From Bacteroidales bacterium (lineage in GTDB: Bacteria; Bacteroidota; Bacteroidia; Bacteroidales; WCHB1-69), in NCBI GenBank assembly GCA_017616775.1, contig JAFZXM010000013.1:9124-73123 (forward strand): DNA of 64,000 nt. Direction: 5' to 3'. Numbering within the stretch: the stretch's first letter is position 1; each line of letters opens with the position of its first letter. The translations under genes and the position numbers were made by a program. Below the pieces are notes generated by a model. The model saw only the letters and a program-made list of their open reading frames with translations, did no database searches and was not told the origin of the DNA. Below, in pieces: positions 8,576 through 18,710 of this stretch.

Positions 8576-9634
8576 ATGATGAATACGTTAAAGCGGATAG
8601 TTTGGTTGAACGTGATGATGTTATGTTTAAACGCACAATCACAAACAGGGGGTAAATATATATATACTTTTCTGGACATGCCGGTATCGGCAAGGCATGC
8701 CGCCATGGGAAGCCGTATGGTATCGGTGCGCGATCATTCCGATGCTTCTTTGGCTGTTTTGAATCCGTCGTTATTGCATGCAGAAATGAATACGGGATTG
8801 GCTGTCAATTGTGTGGATTATTTCGGCAAATCCGTATATGGTCATGCTAATTATATACAGCATTTTAAAAAAGCAGGCACTTTCAATTTTGCTTTTCAAT
8901 ATGCCGCTTACGCAAAATTCGATTCATACGACGAAACGGGAGAACCTGCGGGTACTTTCACAGCCGGTGATTATGCATTATATGTGGGCTACGGCAGAGA
9001 ATTTATCGACAGCACATTTTCTTTGGGGATGAATTTGAAAACCATATTTTCAAGTTATGCAAATTATTTTTCTTCGGGGTTCGCCATTGATTTTGCCGCT
9101 TCCTATTATTGCTGTTCAAAAGACATATCGCTTACCTTGCTGTTGAAAAACATAGGCACCCAATTCAATACTTACGACGGCCTCAGAGAAAAGCTGCCAT
9201 TTGATATACAACTGGCGTTTTCTCAAAAATTCCAGCATCTTCCGGCTCGCTATCATATCATATTACATCATTTGTACACGTGGAATATGAGTTATAAGGA
9301 CCCTAATGATCCTTTTGCCCCTGTTGACGGCGCTACAGGAGCAGTGATAGAAAATGGAAAAGGGAAAAAATTTGCCAATAATTTTTTCAGCCATATCACC
9401 TTTGCCTTGGAGATAATGCCGGTGAAATATATATCTTTGCATGCCGCCTTTGATTATAACACACGCTACCAAATGCGCACTTACGCCAAAAAAGGAGTTG
9501 TGGGTTTGTCTTATGGATTAGGGGTGCATTTTTATCATTTTAACATCTATTACGGGCGGAATCATAATAATTTGGTATCCACTCCCAATTATTTTACCAT
9601 TTCAACAAATATTAACGAATTTTTAAACAAATAA
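8576..9634 (+). CDS. porQ: type IX secretion system outer-membrane protein PorQ
   Basis: Signal peptide, then GG.YIYTFL.MPVSAR.AAMG, NPSLL, KNIG.Q..TY...REKLPFDIQ and P.RYHI.LHHL. Confidence 0.8.
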   Translation: MMNTLKRIVWLNVMMLCLNAQSQTGGKYIYTFLDMPVSARHAAMGSRMVSVRDHSDASLAVLNPSLLHAEMNTGLAVNCVDYFGKSVYGHANYIQHFKKAGTFNFAFQYAAYAKFDSYDETGEPAGTFTAGDYALYVGYGREFIDSTFSLGMNLKTIFSSYANYFSSGFAIDFAASYYCCSKDISLTLLLKNIGTQFNTYDGLREKLPFDIQLAFSQKFQHLPARYHIILHHLYTWNMSYKDPNDPFAPVDGATGAVIENGKGKKFANNFFSHITFALEIMPVKYISLHAAFDYNTRYQMRTYAKKGVVGLSYGLGVHFYHFNIYYGRNHNNLVSTPNYFTISTNINEFLNK

Positions 9635-9637
9635 TAT

Positions 9638-10159
9638 ATGAATACAGCAGTAGTTATAGCCATTAGCGTGTTGCCGGCATTATTGGTGGCATGTACAGCC
9701 TGTTATACCCTTAAATTGAGTATGGAAAAAGAATTGCGGGCGCTAATGTTAAATTTTAAGCAGGAAAACAAAAAAATTATCAACCCCATAAGACTGCAGG
9801 CCTACGAAAGAATAGCTTTATTTTTGGAGCGCATACGTCCCGAAAGCTTGCTTTTGAGAGTTTCAAGCAGCGATTTGTCGGCAGTGCAATACAGAATATT
9901 GTTGCTGGCGAATATCCGCAGTGAATTTGAACATAATTTGTCGCAGCAAGTGTATATTTCCGGTTTGCTTTGGCAAACGACCAAAACAGCGAAAGAAGAT
10001 TTGTTTAAAATCATCAATCTGGCAGCAGGAAAAGTGGACGGAAATGCCACCGGCGCCGATTTGGCCGCCAAAATATTGGAATTGAATATAGAACAACCTA
10101 TACAACCTATAGACCAGGCCTTGGATTTACTCAGAAAAGAAATTACGGAACTCTATTGA
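9638..10159 (+). CDS. conserved Bacteroidetes membrane-anchored hypothetical protein
   Basis: N-terminal TM helix; RLQAYERIALFLERI.P and IRSEFEHNLSQQVYIS blocks. Confidence 0.8.
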   Translation: MNTAVVIAISVLPALLVACTACYTLKLSMEKELRALMLNFKQENKKIINPIRLQAYERIALFLERIRPESLLLRVSSSDLSAVQYRILLLANIRSEFEHNLSQQVYISGLLWQTTKTAKEDLFKIINLAAGKVDGNATGADLAAKILELNIEQPIQPIDQALDLLRKEITELY

Positions 10160-10168
10160 TAAAGGCAT

Positions 10169-10201
10169 AAAAAAAAGAGTAAGTTACTTACTCTTTTTTT
10201 T
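10169..10201. terminator. bidirectional intrinsic terminator
   Basis: Perfect inverted repeat AAAAAAAAGAGTAAG-TTA-CTTACTCTTTTTTTT between convergent genes. Confidence 0.85.
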
Positions 10202-10219
10202 ATACTGTCCCGATGTATA

Positions 10220-10390
10220 TTATTCAGGTTGAATAGCATCGCAGGGGCATACATTAGCGCAAGAACCGCAACTAACGCATTCGTCAGGATTGATGGAATA
10301 TACATCACCTTCGGAAATAGCGCCTACAGGACATTCATCTTTGCATGTACCGCAACCGGCACACACGTCAGGATTAATTTTATAAGCCAT
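10220..10390 (-). CDS. 2[4Fe-4S] ferredoxin (56 aa, below the ORF-track cutoff)
   Basis: Hand translation: MAYKINPDVCAGCGTCKDECPVGAISEGDVYSINPDECVSCGSCANVCPCDAIQPE, with two CxxCxxCxxxCP motifs. Minus-strand TATTTTTG at 10429-10422. Confidence 0.95.
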   Translation of the reverse strand: MAYKINPDVCAGCGTCKDECPVGAISEGDVYSINPDECVSCGSCANVCPCDAIQPE

Positions 10391-10651
10391 ATCTTTTATT
10401 TTTTGTTTTAAAAATTTTTTGCAAAAATAGCAAGTTTAATTGAATTTTTTGTAAAAATCCAAAAATTTAAAATAATTCCTAATAATTATAGTCAGAATAT
10501 TGATATACAGCGTGTAATGACTTTACAAAAATACAGGCAGACAAAAAAACGGACATGGATGTGCATATCACAAACACAAACAGAGTACAGACAAAAAGAA
10601 AGATTGGCGGAACGGCAAAAGAAATGCTGTCCCATTGTTCAGTCAACGAGT

Positions 10652-10682
10652 AAAAAAGACCGGCGCAGCCGGTCTTTTTTTT
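10652..10682. terminator. intrinsic terminator-like hairpin in a divergent intergenic region
   Basis: AAAAAAGACCGGC-GCA-GCCGGTCTTTTTTTT, a perfect stem with T tracts on both strands. Confidence 0.7.
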
Positions 10683-10738
10683 ATGGTTAACAATATTTAC
10701 GGGCGTGTTTCCGTTATTTTTTAACAGAAGAAAATGTC

Positions 10739-11821
10739 ATGAAATACAAAGTAGGCGACAAAGTAAAATTTTTGAATGAAGTAGGCGGGGGTGTGGTTAA
10801 AAAAATACTTTCTCCCACCATGGTGGAAGTAGCCATGGAAGACGGTTTTGATATTCCTATGCACACCAACGAAATATTACCTGCGCAAACAGACGATATC
10901 AAAGCTTCGGTATTTAACAGGGATTTTAATGCAGATACCGTGCAAGCGGAAGAAAACAGGGAAGAAGAAACCTATGACCGTGTTTCCAAACTGCAACAGT
11001 TATCTTCCCTTCAAAACAAGCAAAAAGGGGTGTATTTGGCTTATATTCCGCACGATCAGGTATGGTTGTTAAAAGACGATATCGATATCTGTTTGATCAA
11101 TTATACATCTTACGAAATATTATATTCATTTGTATTGGTGCAGGAAGACGGTACATACACCAATACGGATTATGGCAATATAGCTCCCTACAGCAAGGCT
11201 TTGCTGCAAACCATAAGCCGGGACGATATAGAACAATGGTTGCATGGTTATGTGCAGGTATTGTTCATGAAAGAAAGCGATACAGCCATATGTTTGCCCA
11301 TGCATCAGGAATTCAAGGTGAAAATGCTTCGCTTTATGAAAAAAGAATCGTTTTCGGCATGCAATTTTTTGGAAGAAAAATCTGTATTGATACACATAGG
11401 CGGGCCCATGAAAGACAGCCGGCAAGATATCCTGAAAAAGGACGACACTTTACTTAATGCAGGCATGCAGCAGCCCGCTCACAAGGAAACATCACCCATA
11501 GACGGATATAAAATTGCTTATCAGGAGGCGGAGGTGGACCTGCATATAGAATCACTTGTAAACGACCATAGCCGGTATGATGCATCCCAAATATTAGACA
11601 TCCAGAAGAAAAAAATAATTGAAGTGATGGAAGATGCCATTGCCAATCATTATAAAAAGGTGGTGTTTATTCACGGGGTAGGCAACGGAACGCTCAAACA
11701 GGAATTGATAAAGATATTGCAGCAATATACCGGCATACACTATTTTAACGCCTCTATGCAAAAATACGGGTGCGGGGCTACAGAGGTTCTGATAGGCAAC
11801 AAAAGCTGCAGGGAAGCATAG
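10739..11821 (+). CDS. DUF2027 + Smr/MutS2 domain protein
   Basis: N-terminal KVGDKVKFLNEVGGG; C-terminal EVDLHIE, VVFIHGVGNGTLK, YG.GATEV. Confidence 0.9.
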   Translation: MKYKVGDKVKFLNEVGGGVVKKILSPTMVEVAMEDGFDIPMHTNEILPAQTDDIKASVFNRDFNADTVQAEENREEETYDRVSKLQQLSSLQNKQKGVYLAYIPHDQVWLLKDDIDICLINYTSYEILYSFVLVQEDGTYTNTDYGNIAPYSKALLQTISRDDIEQWLHGYVQVLFMKESDTAICLPMHQEFKVKMLRFMKKESFSACNFLEEKSVLIHIGGPMKDSRQDILKKDDTLLNAGMQQPAHKETSPIDGYKIAYQEAEVDLHIESLVNDHSRYDASQILDIQKKKIIEVMEDAIANHYKKVVFIHGVGNGTLKQELIKILQQYTGIHYFNASMQKYGCGATEVLIGNKSCREA

Positions 11822-12116
11822 TGATGCCGAAAAAACAATGTGCGGTTGTTGCTTCCCGTTATTTTCAAGGGAGACAGTGCTGTTCAGGCATTTTTTTGGC
11901 CGGTGTGTCCGTTGCTGGCAGGAAACGATGAAAAACACGGGGAGGGAAGCCCGGGAGGAGATATAAAAAAACACAGCGGGGAGGAAAGCTTTCATTCTCT
12001 ATCTTTGCCGTGCAGGCGGTATTGTTCGCCGACAGTTATTTTCCGTAAATTACAAACGGCGCACAAGGGGTAAAATAAAATAGGTGATGAAAACCAAAGA
12101 GCACCGAAAAAAATGT

Positions 12117-12124
12117 TATCTTTG
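12117..12124 (+). promoter_or_regulatory. Bacteroidetes sigma-A -7 element TAnnTTTG (representative plus-strand copy)
   Basis: TATCTTTG upstream of uvrD. The same motif precedes plus-strand starts at 3129, 5113, 6912, 17729, 19662, 20469, 27782, 32590, 38769, 40281, 55153 and 60274. Confidence 0.75.
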
Positions 12125-12179
12125 CAGAATTATGGTCGGAAAGAGACTGCATATAATAACAATCAGAAAAATAAAATAG

Positions 12180-14513
12180 TTGGAAGATATACTATCACAG
12201 TTGAATGATGTACAAAGGGATGCCGTAACGGATACAGAGGGTCCGTGTATGGTGATAGCCGGAGCGGGCTCCGGTAAAACGCGTGTACTCACCTATCGTA
12301 TTGCCTATATGATAGAGCAGGGGATAAGTCCGTTTAACATATTGGCGCTTACTTTTACCAATAAGGCAGCCCAGGAGATGAAAGACAGGGTGATACAATT
12401 GTTGGGAAACTCCAAGGGCCGCTATGTGTGGATGGGTACTTTTCATTCCGTATTCAGCAAAGTGCTGCATATAGAGGCGCAATATTTGGGATATACCCCT
12501 AATTTTACCATTTACGATATCGAAGATTGTAAAAGTGTGATAAAAAACATACTCAAAGAACAAAACTTGGATAAGCAGACATACAAAGTGTCTTCTGTGT
12601 TGTCTGCTATTTCCAATGCGAAAACAAATTTGATGTCACCCGAAGCCTATTGCGATAATGAGGTGATAGCCGAGCACAACAGGGCGCAGCGTATTCCTGA
12701 AATGGGAAAAATATACCGTATTTATCAGGACAAATTAAAACGGTCGGATGCCATGGATTTTGATGATTTACTCATCAATATGTATGTTTTACTGTGGAAA
12801 CAGCCGGAGGTTTTGTTAAAATATCAGCATAAATTCCGTTATATATTGGTAGATGAATATCAAGATACCAATATGGTGCAATATATGATTATCAAATTGT
12901 TGGCAGCGGCATACGAAAATATATGTGTGGTGGGTGATGATGCTCAAAGCATCTATTCTTTCCGGGGTGCCAACATTAGAAATATACTTAATTTTGAAAA
13001 AGATTATCCTGATTATAAGATATACAAATTAGAGCAGAACTATCGTTCTACAAAAAATATCATTGCCGCTGCCAACAGTGTGATAGCTCACAATAAAAAA
13101 CAGATTAAAAAATTGATATGGACGGCAAATGACGGCGGGGATAAAATACAGGTAACACAACATTCTTCCGATTTGGACGAAGCAATGTATGTGTCACAAA
13201 AGATAATGGAGATGAAACAACGATACGGCTACAAAAATGAAGATTTTGTGGTGATGTATCGTGTCAACTCCCAATCGCGAAGTTTTGAGGAAGCTTTCCG
13301 GCGAATGGCCATACCCTATCGTATTTACGGAGGAGTATCTTTTTACAGCCGTAAGGAAATAAAAGACATTATGGCTTATTTCCGTTTGGCGGTAAATTTC
13401 AAAGATGAAGAGGCTTTAAGAAGAATCATTAATTATCCGTCAAGAGGGATAGGGGAAACAACAATGGAGAAAATGATTGTATGTGCCTCGGAAAACAAAG
13501 TGAGTTTGTGGGAAGTGGCGGAAAATCCCCTTCAATACGGGTTGGGTTTGTCAAGCCGTACGATTAACGCCTTGGATGTGTTTGTCAACAAAATAAAGAG
13601 TTATCATGCCCAACTCCAAACATCGGATGCCTATCAATTAGGAAAGCATATAGTGCAGACAAGCGGAATAGAACAGGAATTGAAAACACAGGAAGAGGAA
13701 AAAGAGCGCTATGACAACATGGAAGAATTGTTAACGGCCATACATCATTTTGTGGAACGTCCTGCAGACACGCGTATAGACATGGAAACAGGAGAAGATT
13801 TGCAAGATAAATTTCCTTCTTTGGATTTGTTCCTTAACGAAGCTTCGCTTTATTCCGATTCCGACAAAGACGATGAAGACGACGGCAATAAAGTTAAATT
13901 AATGACTATACATGCCACCAAAGGATTGGAATTTCCATGCGTGTTCATCGTCGGTGTGGAAGAAGACCTTTTACCGCATATATTGTTGAGCGGGGAAGAT
14001 GATTTGGAAGAGGAAAGACGTTTGTTTTATGTGGCCATTACCCGTGCCAAAGAGCATTTGAATATCAGCCACACACAATGCAGAATGAAATACGGCAACA
14101 TAGCTTTTTGTGCACCGAGTCCTTTTATAGACGAGATAGATTCAGAAGTATTGGATGTGCAGGTAAAAGAAGAATCCGAAAAGGACAAACACGATTATTA
14201 TTACAAACCCATCAAAAGCAATACCGGCACACGGTTTGCTCCCAAGCCTGTGTATCATCAGGTAATAGCGCAAAAGCCCGTGTTTAACAAGTCTGCGCAA
14301 GCCCCGGCCGAAGATATCAGCGAACTTAATCTTTCACAATCATTGCTTACTGCCGAAACTTCTCAAATAGGTATGAAAGTGTACCATCCTTCATTCGGGA
14401 AAGGGGTAATAGTGGAAATAAACACCGACAGGGTAAAGGTGGATTTTGAGAAATCAGGACAAAAAGTATTGCTCTATCAGTTTGCCAAAATACGACAAAT
14501 AACAGAAGAATGA
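12180..14513 (+). CDS. pcrA: ATP-dependent DNA helicase UvrD/PcrA
   Basis: AGAGSGKT, TFTNKAA, DEYQD, GDDAQSIYSFRGA, LEQNYRS, TIHATKGLEF, EERRLFYVAITRA. Confidence 0.95.
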   Translation: MEDILSQLNDVQRDAVTDTEGPCMVIAGAGSGKTRVLTYRIAYMIEQGISPFNILALTFTNKAAQEMKDRVIQLLGNSKGRYVWMGTFHSVFSKVLHIEAQYLGYTPNFTIYDIEDCKSVIKNILKEQNLDKQTYKVSSVLSAISNAKTNLMSPEAYCDNEVIAEHNRAQRIPEMGKIYRIYQDKLKRSDAMDFDDLLINMYVLLWKQPEVLLKYQHKFRYILVDEYQDTNMVQYMIIKLLAAAYENICVVGDDAQSIYSFRGANIRNILNFEKDYPDYKIYKLEQNYRSTKNIIAAANSVIAHNKKQIKKLIWTANDGGDKIQVTQHSSDLDEAMYVSQKIMEMKQRYGYKNEDFVVMYRVNSQSRSFEEAFRRMAIPYRIYGGVSFYSRKEIKDIMAYFRLAVNFKDEEALRRIINYPSRGIGETTMEKMIVCASENKVSLWEVAENPLQYGLGLSSRTINALDVFVNKIKSYHAQLQTSDAYQLGKHIVQTSGIEQELKTQEEEKERYDNMEELLTAIHHFVERPADTRIDMETGEDLQDKFPSLDLFLNEASLYSDSDKDDEDDGNKVKLMTIHATKGLEFPCVFIVGVEEDLLPHILLSGEDDLEEERRLFYVAITRAKEHLNISHTQCRMKYGNIAFCAPSPFIDEIDSEVLDVQVKEESEKDKHDYYYKPIKSNTGTRFAPKPVYHQVIAQKPVFNKSAQAPAEDISELNLSQSLLTAETSQIGMKVYHPSFGKGVIVEINTDRVKVDFEKSGQKVLLYQFAKIRQITEE

Positions 14514-15307
14514 AAAAGAAAAACAAACAACCGTTAATATTGCTCACCAACGATGACGGTGTGGATGCCAAAGGCATAAGGGTTTTGCTGGATATAGCCA
14601 AAGAATTTGGCAGAGTGGTAATGGTAGCTCCGGCAGTGGGCCGTTCGGGCATGAGTCATGCCATTACTTTCAACACCCCCTTAAGGCTGAAAAGAATATA
14701 TCAGGACCCTAATGTGGAAATATACCGTTGTAGCGGTACTCCTGCGGATTGTGTAAAACTTGCACAACGGTATTTGCTTAAAAATGAAAAAATCGACCTT
14801 TTGGTTTCGGGTATCAATCAGGGGTCAAACACTTCTGCCAGCACACATTATTCCGGCACGGTGGCAGCGGCCATGGAGGGTTGCATCAACGGGCTGAAAG
14901 CCGTGGCTTTTTCCATAGTGAATTATTCTTCCCCTTTCAATTGCGATGCAGCATTGGAGGCGGCAAAAAAAATAATTCCGCTGTTGTTGGAAAACGATTT
15001 GCCCAAACATGTGTGTTTAAACGTAAATATCCCCAATATTCCCGCAAGCGATATCAAAGGATATAAAATCACCCGTCAGGCCAACAATTATTGGATAGAA
15101 GACATGCAAGAAAGAAAAGACCCTATGGATCGCCCTTACTTTTGGATGTCCGGAGATATGTATAAAGCCGACAAAGGAAGAGATACCGACCAATGGGCAG
15201 TAGAGCATAATTATGTATCCGTTACGCCCATCAAATCGGATATGACGGCATATGAAGCCATGGAAGAATTCAAACAGTGGAAATTGAAAAAAACAACAAA
15301 ACGATGA
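14510..15307 (+). CDS. surE: 5'/3'-nucleotidase SurE
   Basis: LLTNDDG, SGTPADCV, SGINQG.N, YSGTVAAA. Confidence 0.95.
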   Translation: MKKKNKQPLILLTNDDGVDAKGIRVLLDIAKEFGRVVMVAPAVGRSGMSHAITFNTPLRLKRIYQDPNVEIYRCSGTPADCVKLAQRYLLKNEKIDLLVSGINQGSNTSASTHYSGTVAAAMEGCINGLKAVAFSIVNYSSPFNCDAALEAAKKIIPLLLENDLPKHVCLNVNIPNIPASDIKGYKITRQANNYWIEDMQERKDPMDRPYFWMSGDMYKADKGRDTDQWAVEHNYVSVTPIKSDMTAYEAMEEFKQWKLKKTTKR

Positions 15308-15597
15308 ATATATTAAAAAAAGATGCAATATGGTTCGGTATATTGTTGGGATTGCTTATCCCTGCAATATTGTATGGTGTGCTATATGTAATATCATTGT
15401 CTCTAATGCCGCAGAATGCCACGGAGCCGGTATTAAAAACGGGCACGATAATATTAGTGGCATTGTTTCCCAACCTGTTGATTTTAAGGTATTACCTTGT
15501 AAAGTTGAATTTGGACAAAACGGGACGGGGCATGTTGTTGGCAACGTTTGCGTTAGCGATGGTATATTTTGTGTATTACATGAAATTTTTATCATAA
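15304..15597 (+). CDS. small membrane protein (3 TM)
   Basis: Hydrophobic ORF overlapping the surE stop (ATGA); C-terminal DKTGRGMLL. Confidence 0.7.
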   Translation: MNILKKDAIWFGILLGLLIPAILYGVLYVISLSLMPQNATEPVLKTGTIILVALFPNLLILRYYLVKLNLDKTGRGMLLATFALAMVYFVYYMKFLS

Positions 15598-15610
15598 ACA
15601 GGCATAAAAA

Positions 15611-16585
15611 ATGGAAATACATCCGGTATACAATCTTATGGAACAGCAGCTGCAGGAGTTCAGGCAGCGGTATCAGGCCGTAATGGTATTGCATGCCGAC
15701 AGCCGTCTGCAATTTTTTTTGGCGGAAATAGAAAAAAAGTCAGGAAAAAGGCTCCGACCCTTGGTTACCTTGTTGGTAGCGGCAGCCAACGGCGGAATCA
15801 CCGACAGCTCCTATCAGGCGGCCATGATGGTGGAAATGCTCCATGCCTCTTCCATTATACATGATGATGTAATAGACAATGGGGAAATACGCAGGGGCAA
15901 TCCTTCCGTTAATGTGTGTTACGGTAACCAAACAGCGGTGTTGTTAGGCGATTATATATTGGCACAATGTATGGAAATGATAGCCTCAAACGCTTATTTG
16001 GTACAATTGTCGGCACATGTGGCCCGCAAAATGGCTGAAGGGGAACTGTTGCAATTGAAAAACAAAGGCAACACGGCTATTGATGAAAACGACTATTATG
16101 AAATCATCAAAAACAAAACAGCCGTATTGTTTTCAGCATGTTTCGAGGCGGGAGCCCGCTCGGCGAATACATTGTCTTCCGATAGTGTTCTTCAGTGGGC
16201 AAAGGCCGGAACGGATTTCGGAATGCTTTTTCAGATATGTGATGATATAGCGGATTATTTTGTGCACAAGCAGAAAAAAGATAATCACAAAGACATTTTG
16301 GAGCATAAAATCACTTTACCTCTGTTGGCGGCATTGAAACATTGTACGGCAAGTCAGCAGGAAGAATTGTTGTATCAATATATTCATCATCAGGGCAGTC
16401 AAAAAGAGGTGCAGGCAATATGCAGCAAGGTGGCTGAAAAAGGCGGTTTGGACGATGCCATGCAGATAGTTTTGCAAAAGAAGAAACAACTGGAGAACTT
16501 TTTGCGCACCAACAAGCCTTCTGCCTATATTACAGCCTTGAGGAAAGTGATAGATTATGTGATACAAACCGTAAAACAAGTATAG
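15611..16585 (+). CDS. polyprenyl diphosphate synthase
   Basis: GKRLRP, HDDVID..RRG, KTA.LF, FQICDDIAD. Confidence 0.92.
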   Translation: MEIHPVYNLMEQQLQEFRQRYQAVMVLHADSRLQFFLAEIEKKSGKRLRPLVTLLVAAANGGITDSSYQAAMMVEMLHASSIIHDDVIDNGEIRRGNPSVNVCYGNQTAVLLGDYILAQCMEMIASNAYLVQLSAHVARKMAEGELLQLKNKGNTAIDENDYYEIIKNKTAVLFSACFEAGARSANTLSSDSVLQWAKAGTDFGMLFQICDDIADYFVHKQKKDNHKDILEHKITLPLLAALKHCTASQQEELLYQYIHHQGSQKEVQAICSKVAEKGGLDDAMQIVLQKKKQLENFLRTNKPSAYITALRKVIDYVIQTVKQV

Positions 16586-17662
16586 ATGTTAAAATTCATA
16601 CTCAAAAGAACGGCTTATGGTGTATTGGTAATGTTGGGAGTGATTACCGTTATTTTTTTATTGTTTTCGGTGTTGCCCGGAGACAGTGCGGTAATGACTA
16701 TGGGACAGCGTTCCGATGTGGCAAGCGAAGAGGCGGTGCGAAAAGAAATGGGCTTGGATTTGCCTTTAGGCATAAGATATGTGAATTATATTAATGATAT
16801 TTTGCCTTTGTCGTTGCACAGCACTTGTCCACAAAGTGTTTTTTATATGGATTCCGCAAAATATCAGGGAGTGATATTGTGTCATGCGGGCAAACAGACG
16901 GTGTTGGCAGCCAAAAAACCATATATGGGCCGTTCGTATCAAAGCAAAAGGCCGGTGATGGAAATTCTCAACGAGGCTTTTCCCAAAACGGCACTTTTGG
17001 CAGTGATAGCCATCTTTTTTGCCATTATAGCGGGTTTGATATTGGGTACATTGTGTGCAGTGTGGAAAAACACATGGTTTGACAGGGCGGCATTGGTCGG
17101 TTCGGTAATGGGTATGGCCTTGCCGTCGTTTTTTGCCGCTATATTGTTTGCATGGATTTTTGCCTTTTTGCTGGCGGATGTTACAGGGCTGAATATGTTC
17201 GGCAGCCTGTATACGGTAAGCGATTTCGGTGACGGAGAATATATGGATTTAAAGAATTTGATTCTGCCTGCCGTTACATTGGGCATAAGGCCGCTGGCTA
17301 CGGTAACCGAATTGATGCGGAATTCCGTGCTGGAGGTTTTGTCACAGGATTATATACGCACAGCCAAAGCCAAAGGGTTGAGTTTTTGGCATGTGATTCA
17401 ATCACATGTTATCAAAAACGCACTCAATCCCGTGGTGACGGCTATTTCCGGATGGCTGGCCGGCATGATGGCCGGTGCCGTTTTTGTAGAATATGTGTTT
17501 GATTATAAAGGAGTTGGCGTGGTGATAGTAAACGGTTTGGAAAAATACGACTTTCCCGTAGTGATGGGAAGTTTGCTATATATATCTGTAATATTGGTGA
17601 TTATCAATATAGTGGTGGATGTCATATATGGCTTTCTCGATCCAAAAGCCAAGGTGGCATAA
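16586..17662 (+). CDS. peptide/nickel ABC transporter permease (OppB/DppB type)
   Basis: N-terminal LPGD; DYIRTAKAKGLS EAA loop; VEYVF. Confidence 0.9.
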   Translation: MLKFILKRTAYGVLVMLGVITVIFLLFSVLPGDSAVMTMGQRSDVASEEAVRKEMGLDLPLGIRYVNYINDILPLSLHSTCPQSVFYMDSAKYQGVILCHAGKQTVLAAKKPYMGRSYQSKRPVMEILNEAFPKTALLAVIAIFFAIIAGLILGTLCAVWKNTWFDRAALVGSVMGMALPSFFAAILFAWIFAFLLADVTGLNMFGSLYTVSDFGDGEYMDLKNLILPAVTLGIRPLATVTELMRNSVLEVLSQDYIRTAKAKGLSFWHVIQSHVIKNALNPVVTAISGWLAGMMAGAVFVEYVFDYKGVGVVIVNGLEKYDFPVVMGSLLYISVILVIINIVVDVIYGFLDPKAKVA

Positions 17663-17750
17663 ACAAACGGACAGTTGTTGATAAAATTTTGAAACAGAGA
17701 GATAAAAAAAATAGTTAATAAAAAATGTTATCTTTGCAGCTTGATAAATC

Positions 17751-18710
17751 ATGAATAAAATGAAAAAAGTATATTATATTACCTTGATAAGCTTGTTGGT
17801 AGTGGCTGTAACGGCGTGTTCGGGAAGAAGAAAAAAAGCCGATGCATACGGTTCTTTTGAAGCTTCCGAATTGCTTCTTTCGGCACAGGCCGACGGTCAA
17901 TTGATGGATTTCGGTGTTACCATAGGGACAAAAATACCGGCAGGCACTTACATAGCATCAATAGACAGCACACAGTTGCTGTTGCAGCGGGAGCAGTTGG
18001 AATCGCAGATGAATGCTTTTTTGGCACAATATAGCATAATCCCCAAAAAATATATATCATGGCAAGACAGCCTGGTAGCGGTGGAACAACAATTATATGC
18101 CATCACCGAAAAAGCGCGGGATGAGCAGTCTTTGGCAGACAGTGTTGAAATTTGTAAAATGTTGAAACAGCATTTGACCGATACCATTGGCATTTGGCAA
18201 GACAAACAATCCGCACAATTGCAAGCCTTGCTGGCGCAAGCTTCACAAATGTATGTGCAACTCAGGCAATTGAACAATGCCATAGCCAAATGTAACATAG
18301 TAAGTCCCATAACAGGCACATTGTTATGCAAATATGTCAACCGGTATGAGCTTGTCGGCAAAGGCTGTCCCATAGCCAAAATGGCCGATTTGGAAGAAAT
18401 GACCTTAAAAGTGTTTGTGAGCGAGAAACAGCTGGCGGACATTCATTTAGGCGATACCTGCACGGTGAGGATAGATAAGGGTAAAAAAGATTTGAAACAA
18501 TATACGGGAAATATCATCTGGATTTCCGATCAATCGGAATTCACCCCCAAAATGATTCAAACTAAAGACGAGAGGGTGAATTTGGTGTATGCTATTAAAA
18601 TTACAGTGAAAAACGACGGCAGCATTAAAATAGGCATGCCCGGCGAAGCCAAATTCAAAGCTACGGACAATGGAAAAAAGAAAAGAAATAGAAATAAAAA
18701 GTCTAAGTAA
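17751..18710 (+). CDS. HlyD family efflux periplasmic adaptor (lipoprotein)
   Basis: Lipobox VTAC; DAYGSFEA, SPITG, SEFTPK.IQTKDERVNLVYAIK, GMPG. Confidence 0.9.
   Translation: MNKMKKVYYITLISLLVVAVTACSGRRKKADAYGSFEASELLLSAQADGQLMDFGVTIGTKIPAGTYIASIDSTQLLLQREQLESQMNAFLAQYSIIPKKYISWQDSLVAVEQQLYAITEKARDEQSLADSVEICKMLKQHLTDTIGIWQDKQSAQLQALLAQASQMYVQLRQLNNAIAKCNIVSPITGTLLCKYVNRYELVGKGCPIAKMADLEEMTLKVFVSEKQLADIHLGDTCTVRIDKGKKDLKQYTGNIIWISDQSEFTPKMIQTKDERVNLVYAIKITVKNDGSIKIGMPGEAKFKATDNGKKKRNRNKKSK

Noticed and set aside
10229-10411. 60-aa plus-strand ORF in the track
   Set aside because: It is the antisense shadow of the minus-strand ferredoxin.
11938-11990. GGGGAGGGAAGCCCGGG and GAGGAAAGC resemble the RNase P RNA 5' motif GAGGAAAGUCC
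   Set aside because: The motif is mismatched and the 3' ACAGAA-CCGGCUUA signature is absent.
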